Below, piece after piece: positions 48,157 through 58,977 of a stretch of DNA of 64,000 nucleotides. This DNA is from Patescibacteria group bacterium. GTDB taxonomy: Bacteria; Patescibacteriota; Patescibacteriia; UM-FILTER-42-10. Position numbers and translations under genes: made by a program. The stretch covers positions 6,080-70,079 of the forward strand of contig JBAYGC010000007.1 in the NCBI GenBank assembly GCA_041666845.1, written 5' to 3'. Positions within the stretch are counted from its first letter, which is position 1. Each line of letters opens with the position of its first letter. The notes under the pieces are model-generated. The model ran no database searches, was not told the DNA's origin, and saw only the letters and a list, made by a program, of their open reading frames with translations.

Positions 48157-49380
48157 TTAAGTTTCTTTTTTCCCAGCCATATAGGGCTTATAATTATAAC
48201 CTGCTAAAAACATCTTTTTTTCTTTTTTAGCGCGGCCGGTATATTGCCATTCGTGAGCTAATTTTTTAATTTGTTCAGACAGCAGTCTGGCCTTTTTTAA
48301 TTTACTGATCGGAGGATTCTTTAGTGCATTGATTAAGTCCAGTAGTCGGTTGGCTCCCTCTTCGATTATTTCTACGCTCCACCAAGGGTGAGCTGATGCC
48401 CACCAGAAGAAATCACTGCTCATACTTCTGTCCAACAACGTCCGTGCCGCATCAAAATTTTTATCCTTAGTGGATTCCTTGACAGTGGCTAGTACCAGTT
48501 CAAAAAGTTGCCATTGCAGTTTGTGGATCGGGTTATTCGGATGATCCCATAGTTCAAAAGGAATTCCGTTTTTCAGCTCCTTTTCAGAGGATGCCCAGCT
48601 GGAAGCGAGGGGAGTGATGGATTTAAAGGAACTGTATTGTTTTAGTGCTTCGGAATAGGTTTCTGTTTGGATCTTTTTATCCAGAGTCAATTCTTCAAAC
48701 ACTTTTTCCATTCCCGGACGGTGGTGGCCGAGGGTTTCCCCGTCAAAAGCGGTAAATAAAGGATCACCAGTACAACAAGTTTTCTTAAATACTTTCTTTG
48801 TCTCCATCTGAGGTTTAACAGTAAAAAGATCAGACATATTATGATTACGAAAAGCTACTTTCAGGGGTGTTCCTTTAATTCTGTATCCGTTTTTCCAGTC
48901 AACCACCCCCTTCTTTTTCTGATAGGCTATTTCATCCAGTGCGATCCAGGAAAATTTTTCTTTCACCAGCGCCTGGGCAACTTTTTCGCTGTAGCACATT
49001 TCCGGCGGAAAGAAACCGGAGAGTTGGTAGGATTTGCCGAAATACTTGGTATTAACTTTGGTATTGAGCTGGATCTGGCGTTGAATCTCTGAGACGGGTA
49101 ATTTCGGCAGAATTGTGTGATACATGGCACTGCCTGTAAACTCAATCTGTTTTCTTTCCGCCAGCAGTTTGATCAGATTGATGATTTCACCCAACTTATG
49201 TTCGAATAACTGTTCGGTCAGTGAGCCATTAATATTGAGAGTAATTTTTATCTGGGGGTGTTTTTTTAAAATGCGGAATACCGGTAAATAGCTTTCACGT
49301 GCGACTTTTTTTATTATTTTCACATCCCAGCCCGGTGGCTGGTAAATGTGCAATAAGTTGGCCCAAACGGTTTTGATCAT
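48157..49380 (-). CDS. Glycoside hydrolase family 57
   Basis: HIYQP, ESY, FFPPEM, DGETLGHH, SSDFFWW. Confidence 0.85.
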   Translation of the reverse strand: MIKTVWANLLHIYQPPGWDVKIIKKVARESYLPVFRILKKHPQIKITLNINGSLTEQLFEHKLGEIINLIKLLAERKQIEFTGSAMYHTILPKLPVSEIQRQIQLNTKVNTKYFGKSYQLSGFFPPEMCYSEKVAQALVKEKFSWIALDEIAYQKKKGVVDWKNGYRIKGTPLKVAFRNHNMSDLFTVKPQMETKKVFKKTCCTGDPLFTAFDGETLGHHRPGMEKVFEELTLDKKIQTETYSEALKQYSSFKSITPLASSWASSEKELKNGIPFELWDHPNNPIHKLQWQLFELVLATVKESTKDKNFDAARTLLDRSMSSDFFWWASAHPWWSVEIIEEGANRLLDLINALKNPPISKLKKARLLSEQIKKLAHEWQYTGRAKKEKKMFLAGYNYKPYMAGKKET

Positions 49381-50864
49381 TCCTTGTTAACTAAATAGAG
49401 TTGTTTATTTTTAATAGCCTTCTTATATAACAATTCATATTTCTTTGCCGGGATCTTCCAAGAAAAACTTAACTGCATACTTTTCTTAATTAATTCAATC
49501 CACTCTTCGCGGTGTTTATGATTTTCAATTGCGCGGGTAATGGCGACCAGTAGGTCGCGTGAATCATAAGTCTTGAAAGTGAATCCGTTACCTTTTTGGG
49601 TACGCGGGTTATAGTTGGTAATAGTATCGGCCAGACCGCCGGTAGCTCTGACAATCGGAATTGATCCGTAACGGAGGCTAATCATTTGGCCTAATCCACA
49701 AGGTTCAAACCGGGATGGCATTAAAAACATGTCGGAGCCGGCATAAACCTTTGTGGCATGCTGGCTGTTGAACTGCAAGTGTGCGGCAACTTTCTTTGGG
49801 TACTTTCGGATCAGTTTTTTAAAAAAGGATTCATACTTTTTCTCGCCACCGCCCAAAATTACAACTTGAACATCCTGTCGCATTAACGGGTCCATGATGT
49901 CAAAAATCAAATCAAAACCCTTTTGTTCTGTAATACGCGAGACTACGCCGATCAGAGGAATTTTCGGGTCTTCCGGTAGTTGAAACATTTTTTGCAGATG
50001 CAGCTTATTCTTTGTTTTTAAATGCAAGGAATTAAAATCATAATTTTTGTAAAGTCCCGGATCGGTGGCCGGATTGAAATCATTATAGTCAATCCCGTTG
50101 ACGATGCCGAAAAGATTTTCCTTACGGTTCAAAAGAATCCGATGTAATGCCTGGCCGTATTTTTTGGTCATAATCTCCTGGGCGTACTGTTCGGAAACGG
50201 TGTTGATGATATCCGCATTCACAATTCCTCTTTTTGCGTAATTAATATTTTCAATTGCACCTTTTTCCTTAAAAAGAGGGAGCTTGGTATTACCGTCATC
50301 TTTTTCTCTGGGTTTCAGTTCCCACCAGTTTTTACCCATCTGGAAGGCCAGATTATGAATGGTAAATAACGAACCAGTTTGTTTAAACAGCGGATCATCC
50401 GCAAACCGGGTGCGTAGCAGGAATGGGATTAATCCGGTATGCCATTCATGTGCCTGAATCACATCCGGCCGAAAATTGAGGAACTTTAACAATTCAAAAA
50501 CGGCGACGTTAAAAAAATAAAATCGGAGGTTTTCCGTCTTAGAACCATAAACTTTTTTATGTGAGGAGAAAAAACGCGGGTGGTCAATAAAATATACCGG
50601 CACGCCGGTTGAGAGGGAGCTTTTCCAAAAATCCGCCTTGATGGTTGTCGATTTGTCGATGTATACCGGCACATCCTTCTGAAGCAGTTCCAGCTTGAAT
50701 TTTTTGTCCTGAATCACTCCGTGCAATGGTGTAACGATAATCACATCATGGTTCAGCTTGCGCAAAGCTTTTGGTAAAGAGCGCGCGACATCCGCCAGAC
50801 CGCCGGTTTTGGAGAACGGATCGACCTCTGAAGAGACGCTGACTATTTTGAGTGAGTGCTTCAT
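49377..50864 (-). CDS. glgA: Glycogen synthase (copy 2)
   Basis: PFSKTGGLADV, HEWH, TIHNLAFQ, SRI..QKG, PSRFEPCGL. Confidence 0.92.
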   Translation of the reverse strand: MKHSLKIVSVSSEVDPFSKTGGLADVARSLPKALRKLNHDVIIVTPLHGVIQDKKFKLELLQKDVPVYIDKSTTIKADFWKSSLSTGVPVYFIDHPRFFSSHKKVYGSKTENLRFYFFNVAVFELLKFLNFRPDVIQAHEWHTGLIPFLLRTRFADDPLFKQTGSLFTIHNLAFQMGKNWWELKPREKDDGNTKLPLFKEKGAIENINYAKRGIVNADIINTVSEQYAQEIMTKKYGQALHRILLNRKENLFGIVNGIDYNDFNPATDPGLYKNYDFNSLHLKTKNKLHLQKMFQLPEDPKIPLIGVVSRITEQKGFDLIFDIMDPLMRQDVQVVILGGGEKKYESFFKKLIRKYPKKVAAHLQFNSQHATKVYAGSDMFLMPSRFEPCGLGQMISLRYGSIPIVRATGGLADTITNYNPRTQKGNGFTFKTYDSRDLLVAITRAIENHKHREEWIELIKKSMQLSFSWKIPAKKYELLYKKAIKNKQLYLVNKE

Positions 50865-50866
50865 AT

Positions 50867-51364
50867 TTATAAATAATTATTTTTTGATACGGCGGAACAG
50901 ACAGCGATAGCTAGTGCATCCGCAGTATCGTCGGGCTTTGGGACAGTTTTCAACTTCAGAATGATTTTGATCATTTTTTGAATCTGTGCTTTTTCCGCCC
51001 GGCCATAACCGCAAATTGTTTGTTTCACTTGGAGTGGGGTGAATTCATGTACTGGTACTTTCGATTGCTCGGCAGCTAAGAGGATTACGCCCCTTGCTTG
51101 ACTAACTGCCAGAACGGTCTTGGCATTTTTAAAGAAAAACAGTTCTTCAACCGAAACAACATCCGGTTTAAATTTTCTAATTATTTTCTGTAGCTCCTTA
51201 TGAATAATCGCTAACCTTTTTTCTAGTGGGAGACTTTTGTCAGTTTCAATGTAACCGTAATCTTTTGCGACCAACTTATCATGAATTCCTTCTACTACGC
51301 CCCAACCGACTAACGCAAATCCGGGGTCGACACCAAGAATGGTGACTGGCTTTTTAATATTCAT
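50867..51364 (-). CDS. ruvC: Holliday junction resolvase RuvC
   Basis: LGVDPG, VEELFF, QARGV, G.AEKAQI, DDTADALA. Confidence 0.96.
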   Translation of the reverse strand: MNIKKPVTILGVDPGFALVGWGVVEGIHDKLVAKDYGYIETDKSLPLEKRLAIIHKELQKIIRKFKPDVVSVEELFFFKNAKTVLAVSQARGVILLAAEQSKVPVHEFTPLQVKQTICGYGRAEKAQIQKMIKIILKLKTVPKPDDTADALAIAVCSAVSKNNYL

Positions 51365-52079
51365 AATTTGAATAAATATTGGTTACCTCGTCGTTATTCT
51401 CCAACTCTTCCAGTAAACCGGTTATTTTTTCTGGATCGGATACATCGGATTTAGTCAGAATAGTCTTGGCAACCGGGTCGACACTGGCATATTCGACTGT
51501 ATACCCCTTCTCAATTAAGGACTTGTTGATACTTTCCAGGCTTTCCGGCGTGGTGTAAATGGTAAAGCCATCAGATTCCTCTTTAATATCCTCAGCCCCC
51601 AAGTCGATAAGCTCCAATTCGACTGCTTCTTTCTGGCTGTTTTCAGGAGCAGTGACCAGTAAAACACCCTTTCTTTCAAACATCCAGCTGACACTGCCAT
51701 TTTCCGCTAAACGGCCGTTTTTTTTGCTAAGAATAGCCCTAATTACCGGTGCAGTGCGGTTTTTATTATCGGTGAATGATTCGATTAATATTGCTACACC
51801 ATCAGGTCCGAACCCTTCATAGACCACTTCATCAATTTTTCCTTCAGAACCCTCGCCCGTGCCTCTCTTTATTGCCCTTTCGATGTTTTCTTTGGGCATA
51901 TTAGCCTGTTTTGCCTTGTCAATTGTGAGACGCAATTTAAAGTTCGTATCAGGATCTCCACCCCCTTCGCGGGCTGCCAGAGAGATGGTATTCGCTATTT
52001 TAGTAAAAATTGTGCCTTTTTTGGCATCGGTAACGCCTTTTGCTCTTTTAATTGTTGACCATTTGGAATGTCCGGACAT
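51354..52079 (-). CDS. yebC: YebC/PmpR family protein
   Basis: MSGHSKWSTIKR start at 52079; YEGFGP, TDNKNRT. Confidence 0.95.
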   Translation of the reverse strand: MSGHSKWSTIKRAKGVTDAKKGTIFTKIANTISLAAREGGGDPDTNFKLRLTIDKAKQANMPKENIERAIKRGTGEGSEGKIDEVVYEGFGPDGVAILIESFTDNKNRTAPVIRAILSKKNGRLAENGSVSWMFERKGVLLVTAPENSQKEAVELELIDLGAEDIKEESDGFTIYTTPESLESINKSLIEKGYTVEYASVDPVAKTILTKSDVSDPEKITGLLEELENNDEVTNIYSNYEY

Positions 52080-52223
52080 AAAAAATAATATTATTAAATA
52101 TTTGATAGTACCTTTATAATATAGCAAAAAAACGGGCTAAAGTCAATGTTAATTAAAATCATATTTTGCTTGTAAGTTGAATAAATCCCTGTTATAGTGG
52201 ATGCACATTAAACTGACGCGAGT

Positions 52224-53294
52224 ATGAATCAACTGGATGACCAAAAAAAGATCGAAGCTAGGGATACGGGGCATGTTTTAGAGACGATTTCTTTACTACC
52301 GAAGCAAATTCAGCAGACATGGGAAGATGTTCAGAATGTCACAATACCCAAATCATACCGTTCAGTACAAAATATTGTGGTAAATGGCATGGGTGGCTCA
52401 GGATTGGGCGCTCATATTTTGTTTTCGCTTTTTTATGACCAACTGCCGGTGCCTTTACGCGTGGTACATAGTTATACCATGCCGGCCTACGTCAATAAAA
52501 AGACACTTTATGTGCTGTCCAGTTATTCGGGGACGACTGAGGAGCCGCTTTCGACCGCCAAAGAGGCATTGAAACGAGGCGCCAAAGTAATTGGGATAAC
52601 AACCGGGGGTGAAGTTAAAGATTTTTGTCTGAAAAACAATTTGCCATGCTTTTTATTTGACCCAGTTTATAATCCGTCCAACCAGCCGCGGATGGGTGTT
52701 GGATATTCTGTGTTTGGGATATTGGGGTTGCTTAAACGCTGCGGAATAATCGATCTTGATGAAAGAGATGTTAATAGAGTAATAACTCACCTCAACCTGA
52801 TGATTCGAAAGTTTTCGGCCAATATTACAACAGCTAAAAATCCTGCCAAACGAATCGCCGAAGAACTGCATGGCACAATCCCGATTTGTGTTGCAGCGGA
52901 ATTTCTGACCGGAAATGTGCATACGCTTACTAATCAGTTAAATGAAAACAGCAAGAATTTTTCCGCGTACTTTTTACTTTCGGAACTGAATCATCATTTA
53001 TTGGAAGGATTGGCGGCGCCGAAGATTGTACCGCAGGCTCTGCGATTTCTATTTATTGAATCGGCATTGTATCATCCGCGCAATAAGGTAAGATTTCCGA
53101 TTACAAAAAAAATAGTAAAAAAGAATAAGGTTGAATTTTCTTCATATCAGGCCGAAGGGAAAACAAAATTACTCCAATCTTTTGAAGTGTTATTGTTCGG
53201 AAGCTACCTTAGCTACTATTTGGCGTATTTGAATCATGTTGATCCGGTTAAAATCCCGTGGGTTGATTATTTCAAGAGAGAACTGAAGAAATAA
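52224..53294 (+). CDS. Bifunctional phosphoglucose/phosphomannose isomerase (SIS domain)
   Basis: GMGGSG, SSYSGTTEE, QPRM, NENSK, ELNHH. Confidence 0.88.
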   Translation: MNQLDDQKKIEARDTGHVLETISLLPKQIQQTWEDVQNVTIPKSYRSVQNIVVNGMGGSGLGAHILFSLFYDQLPVPLRVVHSYTMPAYVNKKTLYVLSSYSGTTEEPLSTAKEALKRGAKVIGITTGGEVKDFCLKNNLPCFLFDPVYNPSNQPRMGVGYSVFGILGLLKRCGIIDLDERDVNRVITHLNLMIRKFSANITTAKNPAKRIAEELHGTIPICVAAEFLTGNVHTLTNQLNENSKNFSAYFLLSELNHHLLEGLAAPKIVPQALRFLFIESALYHPRNKVRFPITKKIVKKNKVEFSSYQAEGKTKLLQSFEVLLFGSYLSYYLAYLNHVDPVKIPWVDYFKRELKK

Positions 53295-53398
53295 TATAAT
53301 AATCGTTTTCCGCCCTCATGCCTTGGAAAAGATTCTTATTCCCATGCTTGATAAGAATCAATTCTTTTATAAGGTGCGGGGGCGTTTGGATTAAAATA

Positions 53399-55018
53399 AT
53401 GAAGGACAGTTTGAAAAAAATTATTAATCATATTACTAAAAGTAATTTCCCGTATACTTATTTGGTAATTTTTACTATTGCATTCGGAATTTTCTTTTAT
53501 ATCCAGTATACGCCGGCCTTTCCGGATCCCGATTCCTTTTACCACATGAAAATGGCCCTGCTGATCAGGGATGGCAATCTGGGCCAGGGTTTTCCCTGGC
53601 TCTCGGACTATACTATTCTAGGCAATGCATATACTGACCAGCATTTGCTTTATCATGTATTTCTCATTCCTTTTGTCACTTTGTTTACACCGGCGATCGG
53701 AATAAAAATCGCAACTGTTTTTTTGGGTGCGACATTAATAACAACTTTTTATTGGTTGCTGCGAAAAGAAAAGATTAGATTTGCCTGGTTTTACAGCTTA
53801 TTATTGCTATTTGTGGAACCATTTACTTTTCGGATCAGCCTGGCCAAAGCGCCCTCAGTGTCCATAATATTTTTACTGCTAGTGCTATGGTGTCTTTTCC
53901 GTTACCGGATGAAACTTTTATTTATTTTATCGACGATCTTTGTTTGGGCATATGGCGGATTTTTATTGACCGTAGTATTTGCCGGACTTTATGGGGTGGT
54001 TAATACCCTTTTTGATTTAAGAAAAAATAAAGTAACTGGATTATTAAAACACTATTTTGGGCATGAAAAATCCTGGGTGAAAAAAGTATTGACTGGGAAA
54101 GAGTTAGGTATGGTTCTGGTCAGTGTCGCGGGTATAATGGTCGGTTTGGTGATCAATCCGTATTTCCCGAATAACCTGTCATATTACTGGGCGCAACTGG
54201 TTCAAATCGGGATTGTAAATTATCAGAATATAATCGGGGTAGGTGGTGAATGGTATCCGTATTCAGTCACTGAGCTGGTACCGAATACAGTGTTTCTTTT
54301 TTTAATTTTATTGGCAGCGTTTGTAATCTTTTTCGTTACAATCAAAAAACAAAACAGCAAATCGGTCACGCTTTTGATTCTGACTGTTTTCTTTTTGGCT
54401 TTAACTTTGAAATCACGCCGGTATGTGGAATATTTTGTACCGTTCAGTATGCTATTTAGCGCGTTTGCTTTAAGTCCATTTTTGGCGAAGGTAAGTGTTA
54501 CTGGGATGTTAAAAAAAATACCTTCTTTTTACAACAGTCGGAAGATAATTTTTACCATTCTATTGGTTTATTTTGTGGTAACAATTCCAACAATTGCAAT
54601 TCGCGATCTTAAACAGGAAAGAAATAGTTTTAAGAATGGAATTCCTTATAATAAATTTGAATCGGCCAGCAATTGGCTAGAGAATAATACCCCCGAAGGC
54701 TCTATTGTACTCCATAGCGACTGGGATGAGTTCCCGATTTTGTTCTATCACAACTCACACAATCACTACATTGTAGGTCTGGATCCGACCTTTATGTATA
54801 TCCATAATGAAGATTTATACTGGAAATGGGTGAACATAACCATTGGTAAGGAAAGTAGCGCTTTGTATGATATAATTACCAAAGATTTTAACAATGCAAC
54901 AGTGTTTCTGGAAAAGGATCACACCGCAATGGATCTGAATTTCCAGCAGGATTCTCATTTTAAGCTAGTATATGAGGATGCTGAAGCTAAAATTTATCAA
55001 ATATCCGATAATCAATAA
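53399..55018 (+). CDS. Polytopic membrane protein, probable GT-C glycosyltransferase
   Basis: DPDSFYH after the first TM helix; many TM helices; soluble C-terminal domain. Confidence 0.6.
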   Translation: MKDSLKKIINHITKSNFPYTYLVIFTIAFGIFFYIQYTPAFPDPDSFYHMKMALLIRDGNLGQGFPWLSDYTILGNAYTDQHLLYHVFLIPFVTLFTPAIGIKIATVFLGATLITTFYWLLRKEKIRFAWFYSLLLLFVEPFTFRISLAKAPSVSIIFLLLVLWCLFRYRMKLLFILSTIFVWAYGGFLLTVVFAGLYGVVNTLFDLRKNKVTGLLKHYFGHEKSWVKKVLTGKELGMVLVSVAGIMVGLVINPYFPNNLSYYWAQLVQIGIVNYQNIIGVGGEWYPYSVTELVPNTVFLFLILLAAFVIFFVTIKKQNSKSVTLLILTVFFLALTLKSRRYVEYFVPFSMLFSAFALSPFLAKVSVTGMLKKIPSFYNSRKIIFTILLVYFVVTIPTIAIRDLKQERNSFKNGIPYNKFESASNWLENNTPEGSIVLHSDWDEFPILFYHNSHNHYIVGLDPTFMYIHNEDLYWKWVNITIGKESSALYDIITKDFNNATVFLEKDHTAMDLNFQQDSHFKLVYEDAEAKIYQISDNQ

Positions 55019-55662
55019 TGAGCGAGATTAGCAAGGAGCAATTAGACGAACAGCATCGGAGCGTTCCGCCGGATTATTACGACCAAGGAATAAAAAAGAA
55101 TATTTTCCAGTGGATCTGGCATAAAGGAAGGACCAATATTTTACCGGAGGCACTGGCGGGGGTTGGCCACAAAGTGCTTGATGTCGGCTGTCATGGCGGT
55201 TTTTTTACCAATGAAATTGCAAAAATTATTGGTAACGATATATTAGGGGTTGATATTTCTGAGAGCGCAATTAATTATGCAAAAAATAAATATCCGGAAT
55301 TGAGTTTTGTCACCGCTGATATAGGAAAAAAATTTGACCTGCCGGACAATACTTTTAATACCGTGACAGCGTTTGACGTGGTTGAACATATTCCGAATTT
55401 GAACTTTGTCTCTCAGGAAATAAACAGGGTATTGAAACCTGGTGGCGTGTTTGTGATGGGAATACCCAGAGAAAACATGCTGTTTAAAGCGGTTTGGTAT
55501 TTCTGGACCAAAAGCAAGGGGAAGGTCTGGCACGATGTCCATGTCCACGAATTTTCTGAGAGCAATCTGAAGAAATATTTCGAAGCGAACGGATTTAAGA
55601 AAATATTCGACAAGAAAATTCATCTTGGCATGTATTGGGTAATCAAATATCAAAAGATTTAA
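55018..55662 (+). CDS. Class I SAM-dependent methyltransferase
   Basis: VLDVGCHGG, GVDIS, DVVEHI, RVLKPGG. Confidence 0.9.
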   Translation: MSEISKEQLDEQHRSVPPDYYDQGIKKNIFQWIWHKGRTNILPEALAGVGHKVLDVGCHGGFFTNEIAKIIGNDILGVDISESAINYAKNKYPELSFVTADIGKKFDLPDNTFNTVTAFDVVEHIPNLNFVSQEINRVLKPGGVFVMGIPRENMLFKAVWYFWTKSKGKVWHDVHVHEFSESNLKKYFEANGFKKIFDKKIHLGMYWVIKYQKI

Positions 55663-55666
55663 GTAT

Positions 55667-56974
55667 ATGAAAAAGAGCATATCATTGACCGGAATAATAT
55701 TGTTCCTACTTGTGACGATCCGACTGGCTACCACCGAATATGATTCCAGTTTTGGGCTGGTTTTTACTTACTCGGTATCGTTTATTATTCTTTTCTCCTA
55801 TTTTTTATTGGACATTATACCTCGAGTCAAGGATGATATTATCAAATCAATGAAGGTTGTTCTGTTGATTTTGTTGATGATGATTTTAATTGTCATTCCT
55901 GTTGTATCAAATATGTATAACCGGGTCGAGGGCGACCCGCGAGCGCTTTATCATGACGGAATTGTCCAGACAGAGGAGGCAATCAAATTTTTGTTTGCTG
56001 GTAAGAATTTCTACACTGAGGATTATACCAACACTCCGGTCGCGGACTGGAGTGAAGGCAAAATATCGGAGCTGATCAGCAGGGAAACTATCGTAAACCC
56101 CGCTATCTACCACAATATTTACTTACCTTTTTATATTTTAGTATCAGCGCCGTTTTATTGGGTTAGTCATATGATTTTTGACTGGTACGACCAAAGAATA
56201 ATTTTGTTATTGGCATTGGCGGGAGTAATATGGCTACTGTTTAAAAAGGGTGGGATGAGCGAAAAGACATTATTTGTAACAGTACTATTTGCATTAAACC
56301 CCATGTTCTTAAGGTTTTTTATTGAGGGAAGAAACGATATTTTTACGATATTTTTAATTACTTTTTCCGTTTATTTATTGTCAAAGAAGAAGTTATTATT
56401 GTCATCAATTCCTTTTGCCTTGGCCTGTGTCAGCAAGCATACCGCCTGGCTTCTGCTTCCTTTTTATTGGTGGTTTGTATACTTTCAGGTATCCGATCAG
56501 TCCAAAAAAATCACGGACAATATTAAAACAACCTTGAAGAAAATCTACCCGATTTTCATAATCGGGGCAGTATTCATTGTACCGTTTTTAGTTTGGGATT
56601 TTGGTGCTTTCTGGGAAGACGTCTTTCTTTATCCTAGCGGAAAGTTAGTAACCAGTTATCCAATCACCGGATACGGCTTTTCCCAATTGATGCTGATGGC
56701 GAAAATTGGTGTTAAGACTATTCATGATTATTACCCGTTTTGGATTCTGCAATTAATCGTTTCCGCTCCCTTGCTGTTCTTTCTGTATCGCTATCAAAAA
56801 AGAAACAAAACAGTCAGCGCGATGCTGGTAAGCTACGGTATATTTATTTTTGTCTTCTGGTTGTTCTCCAGATTTTTTAATGACAATTATATCACTTACA
56901 TATTCAGCATTTTAATTATTGCGTATTTTTTTAACCAGGACGAGTCTAACCCAATCATTAAAGGAATATCATAA
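55667..56974 (+). CDS. GT-C (GT87-like) membrane glycosyltransferase
   Basis: HDG, G.N.Y, YLP, EGRND, K; multi-TM. Confidence 0.65.
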   Translation: MKKSISLTGIILFLLVTIRLATTEYDSSFGLVFTYSVSFIILFSYFLLDIIPRVKDDIIKSMKVVLLILLMMILIVIPVVSNMYNRVEGDPRALYHDGIVQTEEAIKFLFAGKNFYTEDYTNTPVADWSEGKISELISRETIVNPAIYHNIYLPFYILVSAPFYWVSHMIFDWYDQRIILLLALAGVIWLLFKKGGMSEKTLFVTVLFALNPMFLRFFIEGRNDIFTIFLITFSVYLLSKKKLLLSSIPFALACVSKHTAWLLLPFYWWFVYFQVSDQSKKITDNIKTTLKKIYPIFIIGAVFIVPFLVWDFGAFWEDVFLYPSGKLVTSYPITGYGFSQLMLMAKIGVKTIHDYYPFWILQLIVSAPLLFFLYRYQKRNKTVSAMLVSYGIFIFVFWLFSRFFNDNYITYIFSILIIAYFFNQDESNPIIKGIS

Positions 56975-57651
56975 TGAAACTTTCAATTATCATACCTGTT
57001 TATAACGAAAAAAATACTTTCAACAAGATTATTGAAAAAGTGAAAGCGGTTCCTTATGAAAAAGAAATTATTGTTGTTGATGACGGTTCTGAGGACGGCA
57101 CCCGGGAAATTCTAAAAAACTTCAGTGATCCCGAAGTGCAAATATATTATCACGAAAAAAATTATGGCAAAGGCCGGGCAATCAGAACCGGGTTTGAACA
57201 CATAACGGGGGATGTTGTTTTGATCCAGGATGCTGATCTGGAATATGACCCGCAGGAATACGGCATCCTTCTGAAGCCGATCCAGGAAGGAAAGGCGGAA
57301 GTTGTCTATGGTTCTAGGTTTCGAGGAGAGGGTAAGGCAATGCTTTTTTGGCATGCGATCGGTAATAAATTTCTCACTTTCATGACGAATTTGCTTTATG
57401 ATACAACAATCACTGATATGGAAACATGCTATAAAGTTTTTAAAGCGGATGTGATTAAGAGTCTAAAGCTGACTGCGGATCGTTTCAACATTGAACCGGA
57501 GATCACGGCAAAAGTTCTGAAAAAAGGATACCGAATTTATGAAGTCCCGATTTCCTATACGGGCAGAGAATATGATGAAGGTAAGAAAATTACTTGGCGC
57601 GACGGCTTTATTGCCTTGTGGACACTCATTAAATATCGTTTCGTAAAATAA
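56974..57651 (+). CDS. GT2 family glycosyltransferase (DPM1-like)
   Basis: IIIPVYNE, VDDGS.DG, GKG, QDADLEYDP, DMET. Confidence 0.92.
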   Translation: MKLSIIIPVYNEKNTFNKIIEKVKAVPYEKEIIVVDDGSEDGTREILKNFSDPEVQIYYHEKNYGKGRAIRTGFEHITGDVVLIQDADLEYDPQEYGILLKPIQEGKAEVVYGSRFRGEGKAMLFWHAIGNKFLTFMTNLLYDTTITDMETCYKVFKADVIKSLKLTADRFNIEPEITAKVLKKGYRIYEVPISYTGREYDEGKKITWRDGFIALWTLIKYRFVK

Positions 57652-57684
57652 AAATTTCTCTAATTTCTGTTTTCTGATTGAGAT

Positions 57685-58977
57685 ATGATAAGTTTACCGA
57701 GCAAAGCAAGAACAATATTGTTATTTGTGCTAATATTTTTGGTTTATATCAGTTCCGTTCGTTTTCTTGGCACAATTGATGGGGCGCCGACCAGAATGTT
57801 GCCGATCAGCATATTGAAGGAGGGGGATTTTGATCTGGATGAATATGTGCCGGCAAGGCAGGATGATTTTGTTTGGTTTGTACTGATCGAAACCACTGAC
57901 GGGCATTTTATTTCCAAATATCCGGTATTATCATCAATATTAGCTCTGCCTTTTTATGCCATACCACATTTTTTGGGTATAGGATTCACCACCGCAATTA
58001 TTATTACTTTGTCTAAAATATCAGCAGCCTTTATCACTGCCATATCCGCAATATTATTATTGTTCATTTTTCGGAAATATCTTTCAGAGAAATGGTCGGT
58101 ATTTTTGACTATTGCCTATGCTTTTGGTACTAGTAGCTGGACAGTGTCAAGCCAAGATTTGTGGCAACACGGCGCCAGCCAGCTATTTCTGATTTTGACC
58201 GTCTATTTATTGTTGAAACCTAAAAAAAGTGATCTGAGATTTTTATTGATCGGAGTTGTTATCGGCTTGTCAATTGCCGCACGTTATTTAAATGTCATTT
58301 TTGGGGCAGTATATTTAATCTTTATATTATATAAGTACCGGACAAAAATATTTTCTACATTGCTCGGGGTGCTTGTTCCGCTGTCCTTGGTTTTAATCTA
58401 TCAATCATATTATTTGGATAATCCATTCCAAACGGGGTACAGTTGTAATGCATATAGTAACCGTTCCTTTGCCTGCATTGAAGGTTGGTACAGTGAATTC
58501 TGGGATGGGTTCGGCGGGCTATTAATCAGTCCAAGCCGGGGCTTGTTTATTTTTACTCCATTCCTGATATTTAGTTTGATTGGAATGTGGTTGATTTGGA
58601 AGCGAAATAAAAAAGAAGTGCGAGATTATAATCTGCTTTTCAAGTTTACTTCGATTGGCGTACTAATATTTGTTGTAGTTATGAGTAAATGGTGGGCGTG
58701 GTATGGTGGGGTTACATACGGTCCAAGAATGTTGGCTGATATTACTCCACTTATGATGTTATTTTTTATTCCCTTATTAAGAAGTGAATTGTTCAAAAGA
58801 AAAGTTGTCCCGGCTATTTTTATTTTGTTGGTAGTGTTTTCTATTATTAACCAATTCACTGGTATTATTTTCTGGGATGGTTCGTGGCAAAAAGCAGACA
58901 CTCTGTCTGCTGATCATGCATGGCTCTGGGATTGGGGGAATAGTCAATTAATTTATTATATAAAAATGTTTTTTTGA
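57685..58977 (+). CDS. Multi-TM membrane protein, probable GT-C glycosyltransferase
   Basis: SKYP, LWQH, SPSRGLF, WYGG..YGPR. Confidence 0.6.
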   Translation: MISLPSKARTILLFVLIFLVYISSVRFLGTIDGAPTRMLPISILKEGDFDLDEYVPARQDDFVWFVLIETTDGHFISKYPVLSSILALPFYAIPHFLGIGFTTAIIITLSKISAAFITAISAILLLFIFRKYLSEKWSVFLTIAYAFGTSSWTVSSQDLWQHGASQLFLILTVYLLLKPKKSDLRFLLIGVVIGLSIAARYLNVIFGAVYLIFILYKYRTKIFSTLLGVLVPLSLVLIYQSYYLDNPFQTGYSCNAYSNRSFACIEGWYSEFWDGFGGLLISPSRGLFIFTPFLIFSLIGMWLIWKRNKKEVRDYNLLFKFTSIGVLIFVVVMSKWWAWYGGVTYGPRMLADITPLMMLFFIPLLRSELFKRKVVPAIFILLVVFSIINQFTGIIFWDGSWQKADTLSADHAWLWDWGNSQLIYYIKMFF

